A stretch of DNA of 63,919 nucleotides, the filler included, from Aduncisulcus paluster (Eukaryota): assembly GCA_024181965.1 (NCBI GenBank). It is 5 parts of 5 records of this genome, joined end to end, with 100 filler letters (N's around TTAATTAATTAA, not from the genome) between each part and the next. Parts side by side here need not be neighbours in the genome. Positions count along the whole stretch, not along the records: positions 50,950 to 59,302 come from BQXS01010864.1; positions 59,403 to 63,919 come from BQXS01011008.1; 3 more parts are not named here. One strand, written 5' to 3'. Positions 55,189 through 63,919 of the stretch are shown here, piece by piece. The first letter of the stretch is position 1; the number at the start of each line of letters is the position of its first letter. The notes under the pieces were generated by a model. It had not been told where the DNA came from. It worked only from the letters and a program-made list of their open reading frames with translations, and ran no database searches. Both the position numbers and the translations under genes were made by a program.

Positions 55189-56002
55189 TTATACGCCGTA
55201 ACTGACGGCTCCAGGCTGAACGACATGCTGGTCAGGAACACCTCCACCATAACTAACAGCAGTGTTTGTAACTGGTGAATGGTGGGGATCAACTGGGATA
55301 GATGGAGAGGGCACAGGGGGTTGGCTCTGGTGAGAAGAGGCATCCATTCCATAAGATACACCAGGATCGCCAACATGAACATCAGATGGTTTGATAACTG
55401 GAGGTTGGGCGGTATCACCATAAGAAGCAGCACCAATGTGAGAATACACTTCAATATCGGTGTGTTTGTGGGGCTGATACTCAGTAGAAAGGGTGGGAGT
55501 GGGCTTGTCTCCTTTCATTTCTCGACCGGAATGATGTTTTTTAGGAGGGTTGGCAGAAAGCCAAATGGTAATGACATGACCGAGGTAGACTGCAAGAGCA
55601 AGGAATCCGATACATAAGAAAGTAGTTCCAGATGTGTATTGAGGATAGGATTTTCCTTGTTTGATACCGAAGAATAAAAATGTTTTTTTCTGATATTGAG
55701 AAAACTTTTCAGAAGTTCTCATGGCCAATTGACACTCATCGGGAAGATATCCCACAGATTTATAAGAACATCCAGATGTGGCAGAAGGGGCAATAATAAT
55801 GCCAAGTATAATGCAAATAGGTCCAACAAGGGAAAATAGAACTAATAATCAAAAAATATAAATATAAGAACTAAAAAAAAAGGACAGAAAGCCTATAATA
55901 AAATACTTGAACAAAAGGAGACATACCCTCACCGAGGAAGGCCAATGTATTATATTTGCATATATGACCATAAAATTTAAATATTTCACCAAAAAAACCC
56001 AT
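55189..56002 (-). CDS. Two-TM membrane protein with Pro-rich tail, 242 aa, intron 55842-55926
   Basis: Exon 1 MGFFGEIFKFYGHICKYNTLAFLGE splices (GTATGT..ATTAG) in frame to VLFSLVGPICIILG and on into ORF 55189-55755. Confidence 0.75.
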
Positions 56003-56349
56003 CTCTAACTCTCAAAATGAAACACAAAAAGTAGTAATTATTCACGCGCTGAAATAATATCTTTTTGAAAGAAGTTCAATAGTAAATTAAATTTTCGTAT
56101 TGTGTGGATTCCAATTTACCCTTTTATTATGGTCTTTTCAGTTTTGCAACGGAAATAGGAAGTGTGTTCTTAGGTGTGTGTCTGAAGGGGTAACTTTTCA
56201 ATATAAACTGAACACACAAAAGAAATTAAAAAGTATATCAAATTTGTCTAAAAAGATGTATGTAATATCTCTCAAGCCAACAAGAAATACAAATGGCGTG
56301 TTTTCGATCTATACTTTAAGTAATCAATCTTTTTTCATTTATAATCAAA

Positions 56350-57117
56350 ATGCATCCAACTCAAGAACAGATTGACAGTGTAAAAAAGATTCGGCAACTG
56401 GAATTAGATGCTTTTACTGCTGTTGCCAAAGCCTGTCGTGCAAATGAAACTTTATTATACGAAAGATTAAGTATTTTACCAACTATGGCAAAATTATTTA
56501 AAATAGATGGCGATACCTTCCGTAAAACTCTTGATTCTGTGGCTGGGGAGGAAGGGCTTAAAGAATTAGCTTCTTTCTCGAAATTGTATGTTTTATGGTA
56601 TTATTCTTTATGTTATTTTTAAAAAAATATATCTTATTTATTCATTTTTTCCTATTCTTTTTCAAGTTATGAAACAGCTTCTGGTCCTACAATTGAACCA
56701 GTGATGGCACCCATTTCAAGTCATAGACCAACCAAAAGAAGGTCAACGATTACATCTACCCCACCTCAACCTGTTACTCCTGTCCGCCCTCATCCACACC
56801 ATGTCACAACTTCCACAATAGCTTCCATTGCTACCCCGACTAAATCAACCCCAAAACCCCCTAAAACAGACAAAGATACAAAAACTCAAATTCCAACAAG
56901 TGCTCTTGGTGTTCTTTTATGTGATGATACCGTATTTATTGATCGAGCCACAAAGAAAAAGCATGTTGATCTTGGGAAACAAGTTGTGTCTTTTATGGAT
57001 CTCCCTATAGATAAATTACAAGAAACTTATTCTGTCCAAGATTTGATGGAATTCAGAGGAAAATTACTTCGAGAGTTGTTCACTCTTCACGACAGATATG
57101 CACAGCTTACACTTTAG
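56350..57117 (+). CDS. ENT (EMSY N-terminal)-like domain protein, 228 aa, intron 56586-56666
   Basis: IRQLELDAFTAVAKACRA..L.YERL..L..MAKLFKI fits the ENT helical pattern; the GTATGT..CAAG intron joins two ORFs in frame. Confidence 0.65.
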
Positions 57118-57320
57118 AAATTTTAGATAATATTCCCGATTTAATTGGGTAAAAAATCAAAGGAAGAAGAGAGTGCTTTGTGCGAATATGTTGCAAAATC
57201 GTAGTTTAGGCTGAATAAAGAAAATTTTAAGAAATGAATATGTATGTAACATCTTCTGATCCTATTATTTATGGATGACTAAATTACAAAAATTTCCTTA
57301 TTTTTGCTTTCAATTCGGTC

Positions 57321-57500
57321 TATTAGGGGGTTTTCCGAATAGGGGGGTAATTTCGAAATAAAAAGGCAATAAATGAAATATCCCACCAATAAACTTTATT
57401 GGTCACCAATTTCGAAATTGGCCCCCTATTCGGAAATTGCTGCCCGATTAATGAAATTGGTCACCAATTTCGAAATTGGGCGCCAATAAACTTTATTGGT
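57321..57500. repeat. Cluster of palindromes and inverted repeats, putative transposon terminus
   Basis: 15-bp IR at 57332-57346/57422-57436; palindrome CCAATAAACTTTATTGG twice; palindrome CCAATTTCGAAATTGG twice plus a partial copy. Confidence 0.7.
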
Positions 57501-57697
57501 GTTTTGGCAACATTTTAATGTCATTTCGTGCAGAATTAGATTTGGAAAGAGCACTGAAGCTGAGGACACAGCACCCCAATGGCACGAACAGTCAGTAAGC
57601 TTATCTTTCTTGTCCCAAAGTGGTACTAGGGCAAGAGAAGAAGAGGAAGACTAATCTATATTGTAATAATTATCGCGATTTGAATGCCAAATATGAT

Positions 57698-58299
57698 CAG
57701 GGGTGTACATCTGGCGGTCACTTGAAATTGTAAAATGCAGCCAATTAGGCAGCCAATTGTTTTAGTCATCAACGGGTAGATTCACTGTATCTAGTGATAT
57801 TAGACGATTTTGCATGAATTATAGGAATAATTAGTCAAATTACTTGTCCATTAAAAGTAAAAAAGTAAACTTTTGGAAGAAAATATTTAATATAGCATGC
57901 TGTAGGATAATTTTAGGTTGATTCGTATTTGAGCAGAATAATAAAAGAACATTGCCTAATATGGCCTTTTTGTATTATTAATATCTTTAAAAACATTTTT
58001 TCTTGAGATGGCATTTCATTTATATTCGTAATTTCACCTCAATCAATGATCATCTTCTTATCCAAGAAAGTAGAAGAAAGGATCCGAGAAATGTCTCATA
58101 TGAAGTGTATATACAATGTAGAATATGAAATAGAGCCGTATAAACCCATAATTATTGCGAAACGATGCAAAAAAAAGAGATTCAAATCACGAAATTTGTG
58201 GAGTTATTTTCAAAAAAAAACGCAAAATGCAGCCACTTGGCAGCCAATTGCAGCCAAATTTCTCGTTGGCAGCCAGCGGCTGCAAGATGTACACCCCTG
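57698..58299. mobile_element. Non-autonomous hAT-type DNA transposon (MITE), 602 bp
   Basis: Perfect 15-bp TIRs CAGGGGTGTACATCT (57698-57712) and AGATGTACACCCCTG (58285-58299). 8-bp TSD AATATGAT at 57690-57697 and 58300-58307. Subterminal GCAGCCA repeats at both ends. Confidence 0.92.
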
Positions 58300-58339
58300 A
58301 ATATGATATTTGAAATATCAATAGCAATACTACTAGTAA

Positions 58340-59302
58340 ATTAGTAATTTATATTATCTGTCTCATGAAATTAATTGCTGTTTGGCTGAAACGTTCATAA
58401 AAGAACCCATGTCTGCACCCCTTCCTCTAATTTACGGCTCCACGAAGGGGTATTCATCCTGCCTTACCGAATGGGCTTCCACAATGAGTATAGCAACCAC
58501 AACCTGGCTCAAGAAACAATACTGGAGGTATTGTTACCGCTATTGTCGGGTTATAACCCATGGTTCTCAATTAAGCGGATATAACCTTCTGGGTTTAGTG
58601 CGGAGTGCAGATCTTACATCAAGTGAGTTTAATTTTAGCAAATACCCGCTCCTTAAACTCATTAAAGAAGGATTTAAGGACTTTGAGCGGAGATTTGAGG
58701 TAATTAGATCAATATCCTCTTTTTTTACTGCTCGGATGGCTGCGGCCCGGGCCGGCGATGAACCGGTTGGTTTTCGTTCAGTTCCAATCCTCCCCACTTC
58801 TTCTTCTATCTCCTTCTTCCAAATCCCTAATTCTTTAATTAAGAAAGATTTGTTGAGCTTAAAGGGAGAAAGGTTTTTAATGAAAACGATTAGAAGATTG
58901 AGAAAGAGAAGTGACTGTGGAGATATTGGCCTAGTTAAGATAAAAACTGACGGGATAAACGTTAGAATCCTCTTCGGTCCTACTTCGGCTAACTATAGCT
59001 GTGTTTATAGCTCCAAAGAAGTAGAAGTCGAAAAAATAGATTATTACCCACCACCTCCTCCTCCACCACCCTTATATCCCTCCACTATGGTTGTTGGGGT
59101 AGATCCTGGGCGTGCAGCACTTGCCGGAGTGGCGGTTCTCTCGTGTTCCCCCAGTGGTACGGTTTCAAATCAATCTTCTGTAATATGCACATTAATTCCA
59201 GCTCCTTCGCGTAAAATCAGTACTAGGGTAAATAATATTATGAAATTATTTAACAAAATAGATTTTATTTCGACAAGAGAAGACCCTATAGCCAGACTGA
59301 GC
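58340..59302 (+). CDS. Fanzor1-like (eukaryotic TnpB homolog) RNA-guided endonuclease, 3'-truncated by gap
   Basis: Ordered Fanzor-like motifs: ASTMSIATTTWL..QYWRY, RSVPILPT..FFQI, IKTDGINVRILF (TDG at 58946-58954), and RuvC-I VVGVDPG (Asp codon 59102-59104). Frame is open 58340-59302; first ATG at 58409. Confidence 0.8.
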
Positions 59303-59402
59303 NNNNNNNNNNNNNNNNNNNNNNNNNNNNNNNNNNNNNNNNNNNNTTAATTAATTAANNNNNNNNNNNNNNNNNNNNNNNNNNNNNNNNNNNNNNNNNN
59401 NN
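59303..59402. other. Artificial spacer N44-TTAATTAATTAA-N44
   Basis: Same as 16707-16806. Confidence 0.97.
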
Positions 59403-59403
59403 T

Positions 59404-62400
59404 AAGGACACATACTTTATCCCCAATAGTTGTATTTTGAACAATGTGGATGATTATGTATGTGACTCAGAAACATATCCAACGCAATGCCCTTCAATAG
59501 TTCTGAATGAGGTGTTCAACAGTGTGGATGGTGTGAACGCGAAACAATGTGCATTCATTGCGAAGGAAGGGAGCAGTAGTGAGTGTTACACTGTTCATGA
59601 TGATTATATTCGACAATATCTGAAGGATCAGTGTCTTTCCACGAGTGACCCTGAATCAAATGGTGTCATCAGTGTTGCCACCATGAGGAGTGTTTTGTCA
59701 TGTCCATTGGATGCTAATAGTAATGAGTCATTGTCAATTCCAGCTATTGCTTCTGCAGCTTCCTTAGGTTCTGTGAATTCCATCACGACTCTGCAAGGTC
59801 TTGAGTATGCCACTTCATTGACCTCTCTGACCCTTGATGGTTATGACTTGAGTGGAGATATTAATTCCAATGCTGAGTATGATAAGTTGGTTGTTCAGAT
59901 CTTAGCGAAGGCTGTGACATATGCACCCATTGATTCTGGTCTGAGGATATTATCTGTGAGTGGATGCGGATTGAGTGCTATCAGTGATGTGCTTGACTTG
60001 ACTCCCATTGCTTCTGGAGACCCAACCACAGACCAATTCAAACTGACATCCCTAGATCTCTCAAACAACTCCATCTCTGATGTTTCTGTTCTCATCACAT
60101 CATCAATGTTCCCAACCAATGTTCTTTCCTTTCTTGATATTAGTGATAACAATATTTGTGACATTGATGCTGTGGTGAGTGCGCTTGATGAACATTTTAC
60201 ATTTTTGTCCTCTTCAAATATCTTCTCATCTAGTCAATCATCATGTCCATGCGCTGGCCTCTATCCCTTGTCTTTCTCCAAGCATAGAACTTGTCGAAAG
60301 ACATCGGCTGGAGTATATCGAGTTGAATGTTGGAATGGGTATTATTGGAATAAGAACTCATCGACATGCATTGAAGCTACAACAGATAATGATAAACTTC
60401 GAAGTCAAGTTTGTGAACGTAATGGAACAGTGCCAACAATTTATATGGATAGTTCTGAGATTTTGTGTGGAATATGTGGCCTTGGATATCATGGGGATAC
60501 ATGTGAATACGTTGACATTCCCGATGCTAACCTTCGAAGTGCTTTGTGTCTGGCTGTTACTAATCCAACTCCTCATGATTTATTATGCAATGACTTGACT
60601 ATTGCAGACATGGCTACTATGACTTCTGTGAGTGCTTCAACCGTGGACTCCTTTGAAGGTCTACAGCATGCTGTGAACCTCACATCTTTATCCATCTCTG
60701 GCACTTCGTCTAGTTCTGTGTCCATTGGGAATACTGATCTTGGATACATTCCTTTGTCATTAACTGATTTAACTCTTGAGGATGTCTATCTTGATGCTGA
60801 TAGTGACTTCTCTATCTTCCCCAATCTTACAACACTCTCCGTGAAGAACAATTCCTCGTATGATTTGACAAATTCTGCTCTATTCCCATCCTCATCGTCT
60901 TCTTCTTCATCTTTCACATCTCTTGATGTTAGTTACACTGCATTGTCCTCTTTCTCTTCCATTCCAACCTCAATCACGGACTTGACTGCAAACAACTGTT
61001 CCTCACTGACGAGTTTCTCAACCATCTCCAATCTCACGAATCTTGTCTCTCTTGATGTAAGTTATGCCTCAAATGTATCAGACTTCTCTTCTTTGCTCTC
61101 TAATATTCCACTCACAATATGTATTCTCTATGCTAATGGATGTGATGTTACTTCAAATACGGATTTCACATCATTTACAGCGCTCACGACACTCTCTTTG
61201 AATGACAACACAGAATATGATATCACTGAGTCTGGGCTTTTCCCTTCGTCTCTCAGTTCTTTTAGTGCCAACAACACTTCACTCTCTTTGTTGTTCCATC
61301 TTGCTGCCAGCATACCCAATGTGACTGATCTTTCTCTGAGTAACAATAACATCTCTGATCCTTCCCCATTGTATGATTTGTCCAGCAGTGGTTCTTGGAA
61401 CAGCCTTGACTTGTCCGATAATCATATCTGTGGTGGTAATAGTGCAATTGAAACTTTCCTTGCAAATAAGTTTTCTCCTGCGACCGTGAATGTTTCTGGT
61501 CAAGCCTGCATATGTTCCTCTGTTGACCCCGAATCGATTCCTCTCGCTACCAACAAGGTCTGTGCTGAGACTCTGCCTGGGTCTGGTGCTTGGTATGTTG
61601 TGTGTGCCAGTGATTCATTCACATCATACACATCTGCTGAGGACTTTACATGTATCCAACCAGATTCATTCACCACAAACTGTTCTGGAGGGTGTGAGTA
61701 TGGATATGAGTGTAGATATCTTGACGATGAAGTGGTTGGCACTGTTTCTTATTCTACTGGAGAGTGTCAACAAGTGATCGTCGATGATAACTTGCATGCT
61801 TGTGTTGCTGATATGTTTGTGGATTCTGATGGAAATGATGATTATACTCATCGAATAGATTCCACGCTATCGCTTTTCAGCGTGGCCTCCTTGAAGACTC
61901 TTGTGACTGTTGAAGACAATGACGGGAATATTACAAGTGAATATTTACAATACAGGTACACGAGTTCATCAGATTTCATCAGCGATCTCTCTGGGATTGA
62001 ACATCTTGCTTTCGTTACATATATCTATATCTTATATATTGATGTTTTAAGTCTCAATGATCTCGAACTCGTGTCAACTCTAACAAACCTCAAATATCTT
62101 TATCTACTAAGTTATCAGTATGGCCCTACAACCTTCGATTTTCCAGATTTCACTCTTCTTTCTGATCTTGATACTTTGAATATTTATAATGCATCTATGA
62201 CCTTCCCTGCAGATCAATATGTTCTACCTTCTTCTCTTAAAACATTATCCATTTCAAAATGTGATATATCTCAAACAGGTTTTGAAAAGAATGTCAGTGA
62301 TCTTCTTGTCAATCTTAAAGCACTCAATATATCAAACACTTCCATATCTTTCCCCTCGGATCGATATGTTGTTCCATCAACGATTAGAAACTTGGATATT

Positions 62401-63919
62401 TATCGCACATCTATCAATCAAGCTGGTTTTGATAAGAATGTTGGTTACGATTACTTATCATCCCTTGAATATTTACAATTTGGAGGAGAATATAATGAGA
62501 TTACTTCGATTGAATCGTTATCAGAGAACCAACTGTCAAATATCACCAGCTTTTATTTCTATAATTATCCCATTTATGATGGGTTTAATGATGTTATTTC
62601 TGAAATGACAAGTTTGATAAATGTTGGTTTAACTAATTGTAATTTGTTGACAATTCCTGATCTTTCAAACAGTGCTACTACTTTGACGGGTCTTTTCATT
62701 AACTCCAATCCCGATGTTACATCTTTAGTTCCATTATCTAGGATTGAATTTGATTCACTTCAGGACATTCGCATACCTTATTGTTCCATTTCTGATCTCT
62801 CTCCTTTGTATGATATCCCCAACATATCGAATATTAATTGTTTTGGCAACAATATATGTTTTGGATCGGAGGGTATCTCTGAGCTTCAGAACAAGTTTAC
62901 CCAATCATCTGGCATTTATTTCTCTGTGGGATCACAAAGTTGTGAATGTTCCTCCGATGATCTCGGCTCGACTCCTATCACTGACAATCTTGTGTGCAGT
63001 GAAACCAAGCCTGGATCTAACACATGGTATGTTGTGTGTGCCAGTGATTCATACACGTCATACACCGATGCGTCGACATTTTCATGCATTTCCCCAGCTA
63101 ATGCTGATGGGACATATGGATGTTCTGGCGGGTGTAAGTATGGATATGAGTGCAGATATGACTCAGATTCAACTTCAACATCGTGTCAGCAAGTGATCGT
63201 CGATGAGAACTTACATACCTATGTTGCCGATATGTTTGTGGATTCTGAAGACAATCCTGATGATACACATCGGATTTTTGCCATAGATTCCTCGCCTTCC
63301 CTTTTCAGCGTTGCTTCCTTGAGAACCCTTTCTGCATCTACTTTGTCCAACAATGGTTTTGCTCTCTCCAACTCTGATAGGTTTTCCTTGCTTGATGGAA
63401 TTGAACATATCCGCTCTCTTACATCCATTTCGTTGCCATATCACAACTTTGTGAGTGCTGATCCATTGGGTTCTCTGCATGGTCTTGAGTCCCTTTCCCT
63501 TGCCCATAACATGTATGGTGCTCCTGAGGATGCTGGTGGGAATGCCATTGAAGGCTTTTCTGATCTGTCGTTCATCTGCTCCCTTCACTCACTCTCCACT
63601 CTGGCACTCTCTTCTGTCACTTCTGTGTCTGCTCTTCCCGACACTTCCGAGTGTGCTGATACATACACCTCCTTGAGCTCTCTCAATCTCGCCGAAACAT
63701 CCATTATTGATGTTAGTGCTCTTCTTGTTGCTGCCGACTCTACCAATGTTTCGTTGACGGAGCTGATAATGAATGGTGTGTCGTTGTATGATGATGTTGC
63801 AGAAACGACTTCATTGTTTGATCCATCCATTCTTGTGAGTTTCTCTTCCATTTCCTCCTTAGGCCTTGCCTCCCTGGGTCTTGTAGATTCCGATCTCTTA
63901 TCCATTGTGCATCTTGCTC
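59404..63919 (+). CDS. Internal fragment (~1500 codons) of a giant internalin-like LRR / Cys-rich / EGF-like surface protein
   Basis: Frame from 59404 reads as coding at every point sampled up to the window end, so it is absent from the ORF track. Motifs: LTSLDLSNNSISDVS LRRs, IPDANLRSAL cap, LQGLEYA/LSGIEHL, EGF-like CGLGYHGDTCE, and a repeated WYVVCASDS..CSGGC.YGYECRY module. Confidence 0.85.

Noticed and set aside
57385-57499. Palindromic repeats upstream of a Cas12-related nuclease as a CRISPR array
   Set aside because: Two different palindromes in mirror order with no regular repeat-spacer periodicity; better explained as a transposon end
58046-58300. 84-aa ORF inside the MITE
   Set aside because: No transposase motifs; it runs through the subterminal repeats and TIR
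16707-59402. Four identical TTAATTAATTAA palindromes flanked by Ns
   Set aside because: Artificial six-frame-stop assembly linkers, not biological repeats
1-63919. Alternative genetic code (TAA/TAG=Gln as in hexamitid diplomonads)
   Set aside because: Conserved genes end at TAA (OAT, RPLP0, FHIT, YIPF6) and long ORFs need no read-through

Overview
AT-rich, gene-dense eukaryotic (protist) draft-assembly DNA. It uses the standard genetic code and has short spliceosomal introns that start GTATGT. Gene style and repeat families suggest a free-living fornicate/metamonad such as Aduncisulcus (inference, not checked). The window is five pieces joined by artificial N44-TTAATTAATTAA-N44 spacers, plus three 20-N gaps with duplicated flanks. 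Recognisable housekeeping genes: FHIT, LCB1, an eIF2alpha kinase, YIPF6, OAT, RPLP0, RPL18A, RPC11, a RanBD/Nup50-like gene, an ENT-domain gene and tRNA-Ser(AGA). Lineage-expanded families include DLG-type kinases, a mobile ~150-aa beta-sandwich domain and an internalin-like LRR/Cys-rich surface protein. The most notable locus is 57.3-59.3 kb. It holds a Fanzor1-like (eukaryotic TnpB/Cas12-related RNA-guided nuclease) ORF truncated by a gap. Upstream lie a palindrome-rich putative transposon end and a nested 602-bp hAT-type MITE with perfect 15-bp TIRs and an 8-bp TSD.
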